From NCBI RefSeq assembly GCF_003334355.1, contig NZ_QOWP01000027.1: a stretch of 54,484 nucleotides of DNA. One strand, written 5' to 3'. Below the pieces are notes generated by a model. It was not told the DNA's origin and searched no databases. It saw only the letters and a program-made list of their open reading frames with translations. Source of the DNA: Escherichia coli (GTDB lineage Bacteria > Pseudomonadota > Gammaproteobacteria > Enterobacterales > Enterobacteriaceae). This document shows positions 40,792 through 50,428 of this stretch, one piece after another; position 1 is the stretch's first letter, and the number at the start of each line of letters is the position of its first letter. A program made the translations under genes and the position numbers.

Positions 40792-40824
40792 CAACACCGC
40801 CTGCGGGCGGTGTTGTGCTTTCTG
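40792..40824 (+). terminator. Candidate intrinsic terminator after lafA
   Basis: Perfect 10-bp GC-rich inverted repeat caacaccgcc-tgcg-ggcggtgttg followed by tgctttctg. Confidence 0.4.
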
Positions 40825-40903
40825 CGGCAGGCGTTTTTCCGCTAAAGCGGAAGCGTTCTTTCCGCCCATTTTTCAATCTATTGATTCTTCACATAAAAAA
40901 TAT

Positions 40904-40918
40904 TGGCACGCCTTTTGC
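40904..40918 (+). promoter_or_regulatory. Candidate sigma-54 (-24/-12) promoter for lafB operon
   Basis: TGGCACgccttTTGCc: exact TGGCAC-N5-TTGC spacing, about 33 nt upstream of lafB ATG. Confidence 0.55.
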
Positions 40919-40950
40919 CAATAACCTGACATCGTTATTCGGAGTCATCA

Positions 40951-42267
40951 ATGATCAACCCAAGAACCATTGCGCAAGAAATCGCCTATGCCGACGTTGC
41001 CACTCAGGCGGCAAACTTGCAGGAAAAGCAAACGGAGCTGGATGCTGAAAGCAGCGGCCTGGACTCGCTCAGCTCAGCGTTGAGCGATTTCCAGAGCGCC
41101 GTTGACGCGCTGAACAGCGATACCGACGGCCCGGTGACTTTTGCCGCCACCAGCAATAATGACTCGGCGACCGTTTCCGCCAATTCCCAGGCGCAGGCGG
41201 GAAGCTACTCATTTTTCGTTGAGCAACTGGCGCAGGGGCAGCAGACCACATTCAGTATGGGCGACGACGCCTTTTCCGCCACCGGCACCTTCGAACTGAC
41301 GATGGGCGACAGCACCATGGATATCGATCTGTCGGCGGCAGATCAGAACGGTGACGGCGATGGTTTTATCGACGCCAGCGAGCTGGTGAATGCGATTAAC
41401 GACTCCGATGACAATCCAGGCGTGTCGGCGGCACTGGTAAAAACCGACGGCACCACCACGATTATGCTCACCTCCGATAGCACCGGGGCGCAGAGCGCGT
41501 TTTCGGTGAGCGTAACGGGGCATGATGCCAGCAACGATAGCACCAGCGCGCCCGTTGCCACGGATGTTTCCTCCGCTCAGGACGCGATTATTCATCTCGG
41601 TAGCGCCACAGGGCCTGCGATCACCAACAGCAGCAATACATTTGATGATGTGATCCCCGGCGTCACCATGACTTTTACCGAAGTCAGCGATTCTGACAGC
41701 GATCTCACCACCTTTAATATCAGCGAAGATTCCAGCGCCAGCCAGGAGAAAGTACAGACCTTTGTCGATGCCTATAACACCTTGATTGATACGGTTGATT
41801 CGCTGACCACTCACGGTGATGACAGTACCAGCGCCGGGGTATTTGCAGGCGACGCCGGGCTCAGTTCACTGGCGAACCAGCTCGATGACATCGCCCATGC
41901 CAGCTACAACGGCGTGTCGATTGTTGACTATGGCATCACCCTCGATTCTCACGGCCACTTACAGATTGACTCCGACCAGTTCAACGACGAAATGGCGAAA
42001 AATCCTGACGGTCTGACCTCTATTTTCGTTGGCGACAACAGCATGGTGGCGCAGATGGACGACCTGATTAACACCTACACGGACTCCAGCAACGGCATCA
42101 TCACCCTGCGCCAGCAGAACATTGACGATCAGATGAGCAAAATTCAGGACGAAGGCGATCAGCTTACCGATACCTATAACGCCAACTACGACCGTTATCT
42201 GGAGGAGTACACCAACACGCTGGTTGAGGTGTACACCATGAAAGCCAGCATGGCGGCATTCGCGTAA
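40951..42267 (+). CDS. lafB: Flagellar filament cap protein, FliD homologue
   Basis: 438 aa; FliD-like N-terminal coiled coil and C-terminal domain; ATG 40951. Confidence 0.9.
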   Translation: MINPRTIAQEIAYADVATQAANLQEKQTELDAESSGLDSLSSALSDFQSAVDALNSDTDGPVTFAATSNNDSATVSANSQAQAGSYSFFVEQLAQGQQTTFSMGDDAFSATGTFELTMGDSTMDIDLSAADQNGDGDGFIDASELVNAINDSDDNPGVSAALVKTDGTTTIMLTSDSTGAQSAFSVSVTGHDASNDSTSAPVATDVSSAQDAIIHLGSATGPAITNSSNTFDDVIPGVTMTFTEVSDSDSDLTTFNISEDSSASQEKVQTFVDAYNTLIDTVDSLTTHGDDSTSAGVFAGDAGLSSLANQLDDIAHASYNGVSIVDYGITLDSHGHLQIDSDQFNDEMAKNPDGLTSIFVGDNSMVAQMDDLINTYTDSSNGIITLRQQNIDDQMSKIQDEGDQLTDTYNANYDRYLEEYTNTLVEVYTMKASMAAFA

Positions 42268-42289
42268 CTCAGAAGGAATATCCCTAAAG

Positions 42290-42682
42290 ATGTACCAAGT
42301 ACAGGATGGCTATTCGCAATATAAAGAGATCGATCTCGCGGCGCGTACTGCGGCGGCATCGCCTCTGGAACTGGTGCTGGTGCTGTTTTCTGGCCTGATG
42401 GACGAGCTGGAACGCGCCAAAAGCCATATTGAAGGGCGGCGTTTCGAGAAGAAAGCCCAGAGCATCAATAAATGCATCGACATTCTCAATGCGCTCACCA
42501 GTTCGTTGGAGTTTGAAACCGGCGGCGAGCTGGTGGTCAACCTTTCGCGCCTCTATGACCACTGCGTTTACCGATTGTATGAGGCCAGCGGCGAACTGTC
42601 GGCAGAGAAAATCGATGAAGTGATGCTGATCTTAAGCAACCTGCGCGAAGGCTGGGAAGGGCTTTCGGGCAAGCTGGGTTAA
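42290..42682 (+). CDS. lafC: Flagellin-specific chaperone, FliS homologue
   Basis: 130 aa with FliS-like four-helix core (…ELVLVLFSGLMDELERAKSHIE…CIDILNALTSSLEFETGGELVVNLSRLYDHCVYRL…). Confidence 0.9.
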   Translation: MYQVQDGYSQYKEIDLAARTAAASPLELVLVLFSGLMDELERAKSHIEGRRFEKKAQSINKCIDILNALTSSLEFETGGELVVNLSRLYDHCVYRLYEASGELSAEKIDEVMLILSNLREGWEGLSGKLG

Positions 42683-42686
42683 GACG

Positions 42687-42998
42687 ATGGATAAACAATG
42701 CAGGCAACTTTTCGCACTGGTCGAGGCGATGAATGAAGCCCTCGACAAGCAACGCTGGCGACGCCTTCCGGCACTGCATCAGCAGTTGATGCGCCAGTTT
42801 CACGATTACGCGGCGGCGGAAACCGATGCGGCGCAGTTGGATGCAGTGAAAGCGCGACTTTATGACGCGTTTAACGCCCTGATTAAACGGCGCGAGCAGC
42901 GCACAGAAGTGTTGAAGGCGCGTATGGAACAGCATCAGCGGCATCAGGAAGGCGTACTGGCCTACTCAATTGTTAATTTACTTTCGGAGAAGTCATGA
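42687..42998 (+). CDS. lafD: FliT-like export chaperone/regulator
   Basis: 103-aa helical protein immediately after fliS homologue. Confidence 0.65.
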   Translation: MDKQCRQLFALVEAMNEALDKQRWRRLPALHQQLMRQFHDYAAAETDAAQLDAVKARLYDAFNALIKRREQRTEVLKARMEQHQRHQEGVLAYSIVNLLSEKS

Positions 42999-44056
42999 AT
43001 CCGGCATTGCTTGCCACGCTCGGAACGCTTGCGGAAACCGCTTCGTTGAAGGCGGATATTTTACCGCCGGTGAGCGGTGAAAACGCGCCCGCGTTTACCC
43101 TGCCGAAAATGGCGGTCGCGGCGGTGGCGGAGCGCGTTCATAGCGCTAAAACCAGTCAGCAACAGGCGACGCGCCCGCAGGAGAACGATCCGGTGGCGAT
43201 GCAGGCGCTAATGGCGCTGTTACTTCCACAACCTGCCGCGCCGCATCAGGACACGCCGCAGCCGCGAAACGTCGCAACATCGCCGGTTATCCAGCAATTG
43301 ACGAAAGCGGTGGTGCAAAACGCGCCGCAACGCCCGACGCAACAGCAGGAACTCACGCCGTTGCCGCCGCAGTTGCAGGAACTGATCAGTCAGTTGCCGC
43401 AGGAGAAACCCGAACAGCAGGCCAGACTGGCGACTTACGCCAGTGAAGATTTACATGCCATTGCGTCGACGCAGCCGCGCGTCTCAACACAGCCAGCTCG
43501 CCCGAAACCTGAACTAACCCGTGTGACCGCGCGCCCGCAGGTCGAGCGTAAAACGGAAAAAGTGCCGGACAGCGAACCGGTTATTGCGCGTGCGGTGTTG
43601 CAGGTTAAGACGCCGGAGCTGGTCAGCGATCATCAGGAGATTGTCGCCAAACCCGTCACGCTTTCGATGGACGAACTGGGCGAAAAACTGACGACGCTGT
43701 TGAAAGATCAGATCCACTTTCAGCTCAACAAACAACAGCAGATCTCCACCATCCGTCTCGATCCACCGTCGCTTGGCAAGCTCGAGATCGCCGTACAACT
43801 CGACAACGGCAAACTGATGGTGCACATCGGCGCGAACCAAAGTGAAGTTTGCCGCGCGTTACAGCAGTTTAGCGACGATCTCCGCCAGCATCTGACGGCG
43901 CAAAATTTTATGGAGGTGAACGTACAGGTTTCCTCCGAAGGGCAGTCGCAGCAACAACAACAGTCGGGCCATCAGCAGGAAGAGGTGAGTGCTGCCTTAC
44001 AGCTTGATGATGCGCCTCAATTTCAACAGAACGAATCCGTTTTGATCAAAGTGTAA
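42995..44056 (+). CDS. lafE: Hook-length control protein, FliK-like
   Basis: 353 aa; Pro/Gln-rich central region and conserved FliK C-terminal domain (…IRLDPPSLGKLEIAVQLDNGKLMVHIGANQSEV…); start overlaps lafD stop. Confidence 0.8.
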   Translation: MNPALLATLGTLAETASLKADILPPVSGENAPAFTLPKMAVAAVAERVHSAKTSQQQATRPQENDPVAMQALMALLLPQPAAPHQDTPQPRNVATSPVIQQLTKAVVQNAPQRPTQQQELTPLPPQLQELISQLPQEKPEQQARLATYASEDLHAIASTQPRVSTQPARPKPELTRVTARPQVERKTEKVPDSEPVIARAVLQVKTPELVSDHQEIVAKPVTLSMDELGEKLTTLLKDQIHFQLNKQQQISTIRLDPPSLGKLEIAVQLDNGKLMVHIGANQSEVCRALQQFSDDLRQHLTAQNFMEVNVQVSSEGQSQQQQQSGHQQEEVSAALQLDDAPQFQQNESVLIKV

Positions 44057-44063
44057 AGGCAAT

Positions 44064-44531
44064 ATGAAGAAAATCGTGGTGGCGGGCGTGGTCAGCGCCG
44101 TTCTGGCGTTGGTGGTGGGGGCCGGAGCTGGATGGGGTGTCTGGCATCATTATGCCGGAAAAGGAAAACCGACTGCCGCCGCGCAGACGGAAACGGTGGA
44201 AACCCTGGATGAGAGCAAAAGCGTGTTTGTGACGTTGCCGGAAACCATTGTCACGCTGCATGACAATAACGGCGCGGACCATTATTTGTCGGCGGAATTA
44301 GTGATGGTGGTCGCCAGTGACAAAGAAGCGGAAAAAATAAAACATCAGGAGCCGCTGTATCAAAGTATTGCGGTTGAATGCCTGACGGAAATGAAATTTG
44401 AAGATTTGCGTGGCATGAAAATATCCGCCATCCGCAAACTCATTTCTGACGCGTTAAAGAAAGATCTTCAGCGTCGCAAAATGAGCGCACCGTATAAGGA
44501 TTTGCTGGTGAAAAAAGTGGTCTTCCAGTAA
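44064..44531 (+). CDS. lafF: Flagellar basal-body-associated protein, FliL homologue
   Basis: 155 aa, single N-terminal TM helix (IVVAGVVSAVLALVVGAGAGW) plus periplasmic FliL-like domain. Confidence 0.85.
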   Translation: MKKIVVAGVVSAVLALVVGAGAGWGVWHHYAGKGKPTAAAQTETVETLDESKSVFVTLPETIVTLHDNNGADHYLSAELVMVVASDKEAEKIKHQEPLYQSIAVECLTEMKFEDLRGMKISAIRKLISDALKKDLQRRKMSAPYKDLLVKKVVFQ

Positions 44532-44550
44532 TCACCAGGCGGATATAAAT

Positions 44551-45267
44551 ATGCTACAGGATGTATTCGAGTCGGAAGAATTTGCTGCCGCGCCGGTATT
44601 AACCCCGCAGCAGGAGAGCCACTACTTGCAGGCCTATTTACCGTTGGTGCGTAAAGTGGTGCGGCAACTTGCCCCGCAGTGTAATTGCATTATTGATCGT
44701 CAGGATATGGAACAAACGGCGTTAATGGGGCTGCTTAATGCCATCCGCCGCTACGGGCTGCCGGACGAAGGTTTTGCGGGCTATGCCGTGCACCGTATTC
44801 GCGGCGCGATCCTGGATGAGCTGCGCGCTCTCGACTGGCGACCGCGCCAGCTGCGACAGAAATATCATCAGATGAAAGATCTGATTCGCGAAACGCGCAA
44901 AAAACTGGGGCACGAACCGGAGTGGTCAGAACTGGCCGTGGAAGGGATCTCGCATGAAGATTATCTCGAATATCAGCAACTGGAAGGGGCGGAAACGCTC
45001 GCCAGCCTGGACGAACTGCTGAACAGCGAAGGGCCAGGCATTCCGCTTGCTGGCCGGGAGCTGGAAGATCAGTTTGTCACTCAGCAAATGCTGCAACAGG
45101 CGCTTTCACAATTAAGCGAAAAAGAGCAACTGATCCTCTCCATGTATTACCAGCATGAGATGAATCTCAAAGAGATTGCGCTGGTATTAGGGCTAACCGA
45201 GGCCCGAATTTGTCAACTGAATAAACAGATCGCGCAGAAAATTCGTGATTTTGTCTATCCGAATTAA
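44551..45267 (+). CDS. lafS: Flagellar sigma-28 factor (FliA family)
   Basis: 238 aa; sigma-70 family regions 2 and 4 (…LILSMYYQHEMNLKEIALVLGLTEARICQLNKQIAQKIR). Confidence 0.9.
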   Translation: MLQDVFESEEFAAAPVLTPQQESHYLQAYLPLVRKVVRQLAPQCNCIIDRQDMEQTALMGLLNAIRRYGLPDEGFAGYAVHRIRGAILDELRALDWRPRQLRQKYHQMKDLIRETRKKLGHEPEWSELAVEGISHEDYLEYQQLEGAETLASLDELLNSEGPGIPLAGRELEDQFVTQQMLQQALSQLSEKEQLILSMYYQHEMNLKEIALVLGLTEARICQLNKQIAQKIRDFVYPN

Positions 45268-45279
45268 AGTGAAGAAATC

Positions 45280-46143
45280 ATGCAAAAAATATTAGGTTTA
45301 CTGGTGGTGCTCGGCTGCGTATTTGGCGGTTATTTTGAAGCGGGCGGGCAATTAGTGGCTATCTGGCAACCGGCGGAAATGATCATTATTTTGGGTGCCG
45401 GTTTCGGGGCGATGATTATTGGTAACCCGAAACATGTGCTGAAAGAGATTGCCCATCAAATTAAAGGCGTGATCAGTAAAAAACAGCTCGGGCCGGAGTT
45501 TCAGCGCCAGCTATTAATGTGCCTGTATGAGTTACTCGAAATGGTGCAAAACGGTGGTCTGCGCATGCTGGATCAACATATTGAGCAACCGGAAGAGAGC
45601 ACCATTTTCCAGAAATACCCGCTGGTGTTAACCCAGAAGCGGCTGGTGACCTTTATTGCCGATAACTTTCGCCTGATGGCGATGGGTAAAATCGACGCCC
45701 ATGAACTGGAAGGCATTCTCGATCAGGAACTGGACACCGCGGAAGAGTCGCTGCTAACGCCGTCGCGCTCGCTGCAACGTACCGCCGAAGCGATGCCGGG
45801 GTTTGGCATTTGTGCGGCGGTGTTGGGCATCATCATCACCATGCAGTCGATTGACGGCTCTATCGCCCTGATTGGCCTGAAAGTGGCGGCAGCGCTGGTG
45901 GGGACATTTTTAGGCGTCTTTATCTGCTACTGCCTGATGGACCCACTCGCCAACGCCATGGAACAACAGGCGCGGGCAGAACATTCTTTGCTGGAATGCG
46001 TGCGTACCGTGCTGGTGGCGCAGGCAGGCGGCAAACCGACGCTGCTGGCGGTGGACGCCGGGCGTAAGCTACTGCATCTGGCGTCCAAACCGACCTTCGC
46101 CAACCTCGACGCGTGGGTGAATGCGATGCTGGAGCAAGAATAA
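45280..46143 (+). CDS. lafT: Flagellar stator protein, MotA homologue
   Basis: 287 aa, four TM helices, MotA/TolQ/ExbB-like. Confidence 0.92.
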   Translation: MQKILGLLVVLGCVFGGYFEAGGQLVAIWQPAEMIIILGAGFGAMIIGNPKHVLKEIAHQIKGVISKKQLGPEFQRQLLMCLYELLEMVQNGGLRMLDQHIEQPEESTIFQKYPLVLTQKRLVTFIADNFRLMAMGKIDAHELEGILDQELDTAEESLLTPSRSLQRTAEAMPGFGICAAVLGIIITMQSIDGSIALIGLKVAAALVGTFLGVFICYCLMDPLANAMEQQARAEHSLLECVRTVLVAQAGGKPTLLAVDAGRKLLHLASKPTFANLDAWVNAMLEQE

Positions 46144-46145
46144 GC

Positions 46146-47069
46146 ATGAGAAAGACGGGTAACCGCCGCGATCGTGGGGCAAAAACCACCATCGTCCGGC
46201 GGCAGATCAAAAAGAATCATGCCGGGCACCACGGCGGGGCGTGGAAGGTGGCGTTCGCCGACTTTACTTTGGCAATGATGGCGCTGTTTATGACGCTGTG
46301 GATTGTCAACAGCGTCAGTAAATCCGAGCGTGAAAGCATTATCGCCGCGCTGCACGGGCAGTCGATTTTTAACGGTGGTGGGCTGTCGCCGTTAAATAAA
46401 ATCAGCCCGTCTCATCCGCCAAAACCTGCCACCGTGGCGGTGCCGGAAGAGACGGAGAAAAAAGCGCGCGACGTCAACGAGAAAACGGCGCTGCTGAAGA
46501 AGAAATCCGCCACCGAGCTTGGCGAGCTGGCAACCAGTATCAACACAATTGCCCGTGATGCGCATATGGAAGCGAATCTGGAGATGGAGATTGTTCCCCA
46601 GGGATTGCGCGTGCTGATTAAAGATGACCAGAATCGCAATATGTTCGAACGCGGCAGCGCGCAGATTATGCCGTTCTTTAAAACGCTGCTGGTGGAGCTC
46701 GCGCCAGTGTTCGACTCGCTCGATAACAAAATTATTATTACCGGGCATACCGATGCGATGGCCTACAAAAACAATATCTACAACAACTGGAACCTTTCGG
46801 GTGACCGCGCGCTTTCGGCTCGTCGGGTGCTGGAAGAGGCCGGAATGCCGGAAGATAAAGTGATGCAGGTAAGCGCAATGGCGGACCAGATGCTGCTGGA
46901 CGCGAAGAATCCGCAAAGTGCGGGTAATCGGCGCATCGAGATTATGGTGCTGACCAAAAGTGCGTCCGATACGCTGTATCAATACTTTGGTCAGCATGGG
47001 GATAAAGTGGTGCAGCCGCTGGTGCAAAAGCTGGATAAGCAGCAGGTGCTTTCGCAGCGAACGCGCTAA
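46146..47069 (+). CDS. lafU: Flagellar stator protein, MotB homologue (OmpA-like C-terminal domain)
   Basis: Start ATG 46146 (MRKTGNRRDRG…) just after lafT stop; TM helix (FADFTLAMMALFMTLWIV) and OmpA-type peptidoglycan-binding domain (…ITGHTDAMAY…NWNLSGDRALSARRVLEE…NRRIEI). Confidence 0.9.
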   Translation: MRKTGNRRDRGAKTTIVRRQIKKNHAGHHGGAWKVAFADFTLAMMALFMTLWIVNSVSKSERESIIAALHGQSIFNGGGLSPLNKISPSHPPKPATVAVPEETEKKARDVNEKTALLKKKSATELGELATSINTIARDAHMEANLEMEIVPQGLRVLIKDDQNRNMFERGSAQIMPFFKTLLVELAPVFDSLDNKIIITGHTDAMAYKNNIYNNWNLSGDRALSARRVLEEAGMPEDKVMQVSAMADQMLLDAKNPQSAGNRRIEIMVLTKSASDTLYQYFGQHGDKVVQPLVQKLDKQQVLSQRTR

Positions 47070-47105
47070 ATGCTGAATCTTTACGCATTTCTCAAACCCT
47101 GAAAT

Positions 47106-47125
47106 CACTGTATACTTTACCAGTG
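47106..47125 (+). promoter_or_regulatory. LexA (SOS) box of dinB promoter
   Basis: cACTGTatactttacCAGTg, near-consensus CTGT-N8-ACAG palindrome about 15 nt upstream of dinB ATG. Confidence 0.75.
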
Positions 47126-47139
47126 TTGAGAGGTGAGTA

Positions 47140-48195
47140 ATGCGTAAAATCATTCATGTGGATATGGACTGCTTTTTCGCCGCAGTGGAGATGCGCGACA
47201 ATCCCGCCCTGCGCGATATCCCTATTGCTATTGGCGGCAGCCGCGAACGTCGGGGGGTGATCAGCACCGCCAATTATCCCGCGCGTAAATTTGGCGTACG
47301 TAGCGCTATGCCGACAGGGATGGCGCTCAAATTATGCCCGCATCTCACCTTGCTTCCGGGGCGCTTTGACGCCTACAAAGAAGCCTCAAATCATATCCGC
47401 GAAATCTTCTCGCGCTACACCTCGCGTATTGAACCGTTGTCACTGGATGAGGCTTATCTCGACGTCACCGATAGCGTCCATTGCCACGGTTCTGCGACCC
47501 TCATCGCCCAGGAAATCCGCCAGACGATTTTCAACGAGCTGCAACTGACGGCGTCTGCGGGCGTGGCACCCGTAAAGTTTCTCGCCAAAATCGCCTCCGA
47601 CATGAATAAACCCAACGGCCAGTTTGTGATTACGCCGGCAGAAGTTCCGGCATTTTTACAAACCTTACCACTGGCAAAAATCCCCGGCGTCGGCAAAGTC
47701 TCGGCGGCAAAACTGGAAGCGATGGGGCTACGAACCTGCGGTGATGTACAAAAGTGTGATCTGGTGATGCTGCTTAAACGCTTTGGCAAATTTGGCCGCA
47801 TTTTGTGGGAGCGTAGTCAGGGGATTGACGAGCGCGACGTTAACAGCGAACGGTTGCGAAAATCCGTCGGCGTGGAACGCACGATGGCGGAAGATATCCA
47901 CCACTGGTCTGAATGTGAAGCGATTATCGAGCGGCTGTATCCGGAACTTGAACGCCGTCTGGCAAAGGTAAAACCTGATTTACTGATTGCCCGCCAGGGG
48001 GTGAAATTAAAGTTCGACGATTTTCAGCAAACCACTCAGGAGCACGTCTGGCCGCGGCTGAATAAAGCTGACTTAATCGCCACCGCGCGTAAAACCTGGG
48101 ATGAACGCCGCGGCGGGCGCGGTGTGCGACTGGTGGGGCTGCATGTGACGTTGCTTGATCCGCAAATGGAAAGACAACTGGTGCTGGGATTATGA
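47140..48195 (+). CDS. dinB: DNA polymerase IV (Y-family)
   Basis: 351 aa starting [22 protein letters not shown]… (Y-family catalytic DMDCFFA motif). Confidence 0.95.
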
Positions 48196-48246
48196 TGTAT
48201 ACTATTATGTCTATTCTGGTGTGCATTATTATGAGGGGATCACTGC

Positions 48247-48540
48247 ATGCATCGAATTCTCGCTGAAAAATCGGTCAATATTACTGAGTTACGTAAAAAC
48301 CCAGCTAAATACTTTATTGATCAACCGGTTGCGGTTCTTTCTAATAATCGCCCCGCAGGATATCTCTTAAGTGCCAGCGCATTCGAAGCGTTAATGGACA
48401 TGCTTGCTGAACAAGAGGAGAAAAAGCCCATAAAGGCGCGCTTCCGTCCAAGTGCTGCAAGATTAGAGGAAATTACACGCCGAGCTGAAAAATATCTTAA
48501 TGATATGACGGATGATGATTTCAATGACTTTAAGGAATAA
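48247..48540 (+). CDS. yafN: Antitoxin YafN (Phd/YefM family)
   Basis: 97-aa ORF immediately upstream of yafO in dinB operon. Confidence 0.88.
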   Translation: MHRILAEKSVNITELRKNPAKYFIDQPVAVLSNNRPAGYLLSASAFEALMDMLAEQEEKKPIKARFRPSAARLEEITRRAEKYLNDMTDDDFNDFKE

Positions 48541-48542
48541 GG

Positions 48543-48941
48543 ATGCGGGTATTCAAAACAAAACTTATTCGCCTGCAACTTACAGCAGAGGAACTTGATG
48601 CGTTAACGGCGGATTTTATTTCCTATAAGCGTGACGGTGTTTTGCCAGATATATTTGGTCGCGATGCACTCTACGACGACTCGTTTACCTGGCCATTAAT
48701 CAAATTTGAGCGAGTTGCTCATATTCATCTGGCAAATGTGAATAATCCATTTCCGCCACAGTTGCGCCAATTCAGCAGAACGAATGACGAAGCGCATTTG
48801 GTATATTGTCAGGGTGCGTTTGATGAGCAAGCATGGTTGCTCATTGCCATTCTGAAACCTGAACCTCATAAACAGGCTCGAGATAACAACCAAATGCATA
48901 AAATTGGGAAAATGGCAGAAGCGTTTCGCATGCGTTTTTGA
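48543..48941 (+). CDS. yafO: Toxin YafO (ribosome-dependent mRNA interferase)
   Basis: 132-aa ORF, 2 nt after yafN stop. Confidence 0.88.
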   Translation: MRVFKTKLIRLQLTAEELDALTADFISYKRDGVLPDIFGRDALYDDSFTWPLIKFERVAHIHLANVNNPFPPQLRQFSRTNDEAHLVYCQGAFDEQAWLLIAILKPEPHKQARDNNQMHKIGKMAEAFRMRF

Positions 48942-48950
48942 ATTTATATT

Positions 48951-49403
48951 ATGAATAACATACAAATAAGAGACTATCAGCCTGGCGATTTTCAGCAACT
49001 ATGCGCTATTTTCATTAGAGCGGTTACGATGATCTCCAGTCAGCATTATTCACCACAACAAATTGCCGCCTGGGCGCAGATTGACGAATCTCGCTGGAAG
49101 GAGAAACTCGCGAAATCACAAGTGCGGGTTGCCGTCATTAATGCACAACCGGTTGGTTTTATTACCTGCGTTGAACGTTATATCGATATGTTATTTGTTG
49201 ACCCTGAATACACCCGCCGCGGGGTTGCCTGCGCTTTGTTAAAACCTTTGATTAAGTCTGAATCCGAACTTACGGTGGACGCCAGCATAACCGCAAAACC
49301 CTTTTTTGAACGTTATGGTTTTCAGACAGTTAAGCAGCAGCGCGTTGAATGCCGGGGAACGTGGTTTACTAATTTTTATATGCGATATAAACCGCAATAT
49401 TAA
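48951..49403 (+). CDS. yafP: GNAT-family N-acetyltransferase YafP
   Basis: 150 aa with GNAT acetyl-CoA-binding signature (…RRGVACALLKPL…). Confidence 0.88.
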   Translation: MNNIQIRDYQPGDFQQLCAIFIRAVTMISSQHYSPQQIAAWAQIDESRWKEKLAKSQVRVAVINAQPVGFITCVERYIDMLFVDPEYTRRGVACALLKPLIKSESELTVDASITAKPFFERYGFQTVKQQRVECRGTWFTNFYMRYKPQY

Positions 49404-49636
49404 ATCCAGCTTGCAATGAAAATAACGCCCGCCTGGTATGTGCGCGTTTTCTTATTCCACAAACTGCAAGGAGGTAAATCATGACAAATCCTTTATCAAT
49501 GACTCTTTGCAGACCTTTCCAGGATTAATTCTTTTTTTCTTGCCCTGGATTCGTCTGCCATTTCCTGATTTTTATATTTATATACTCTAAATAATTCGAG
49601 TCGCAGTACATGCAACTTGAAGTATGACGAGTATAA

Positions 49637-49903
49637 ATGGAATGGTACATGGGCAAATATATTCGTCCCTTATCCGATGCGGTATTTACCATCGCATCTG
49701 ATGACCTGTGGATCGAGAGTTTAGCGATCCAACAATTACACACCACGGCAAATTTACCCAACATGCAGCGCGTAGTGGGGATGCCAGATTTACACCCCGG
49801 ACGCGGCTACCCGATTGGCGCAGCGTTCTTCTCTGTTGGTCGTTTTTACCCGACAAGACGTCGCTGTAACGGTGCTGGAAACAGAAACGGGCCGCTACTC
49901 TGA
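49637..49903 (+). pseudogene. RtcB-family RNA ligase 5' fragment (ykfJ-like remnant)
   Basis: First about 66 residues match RtcB N-terminus including …[21 protein letters not shown]…; reading frame then degenerates and stops after 88 codons. Confidence 0.7.
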
Positions 49904-50372
49904 CACGCTGCGTTCGGCGCTGGTTTCTCTGGATGGCGATAACGCATGGGCATTAAGCGAAAGCTGGTGTGGCACTATTCAGTGGATTTGTCCGAGTCCG
50001 TATCGGCCTCATCATGGGCGCAAAAACTGGTTTCTGGGCATTGGGCGTTTTACCGCTGATGAGAAGGAACAATCGGATGCAATCCGTTATGAGACGCTGC
50101 GTTCGTCGGGGCCGGGCGGTCAACATGTCAATAAAACCGACTCGGCGGTACGCGCCACGCATCTGGCATCCGGTATTAGCGTGAAGGTTCAGTCAGAGCG
50201 CAGCCAGCATGCTAACAAACGGCTGGCGCGATTGCTGATTGCCTGGAAGCTGGAGCAGCAGCAACAGGAAAATAGCGCGGCGCTGAAATCGCAGCGGCGA
50301 ATGTTCCATCACCAGATTGAACGTGGCAACCCGCGACGGACATTTACAGGGATGGCTTTTATCGAAGGATAA
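49815..50372 (+). pseudogene. prfH: Peptide chain release factor homologue PrfH, 5'-truncated
   Basis: C-terminal GGQ domain present (…[26 protein letters not shown]…) but N-terminal part missing; no proper start context; overlaps RtcB fragment. Confidence 0.75.
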
Positions 50373-50428
50373 TGAAGGATGAAACTGCCGGAAGGCGATT
50401 AAACGCCATCCGGCAGCAAATCAAATAA

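Noticed and set aside
49525-49764. 79-aa minus-strand ORF overlapping the rtcB fragment and intergenic region
   Set aside because: AT-rich, no RBS, overlaps a recognisable (decayed) RtcB coding fragment on the other strand; likely spurious.
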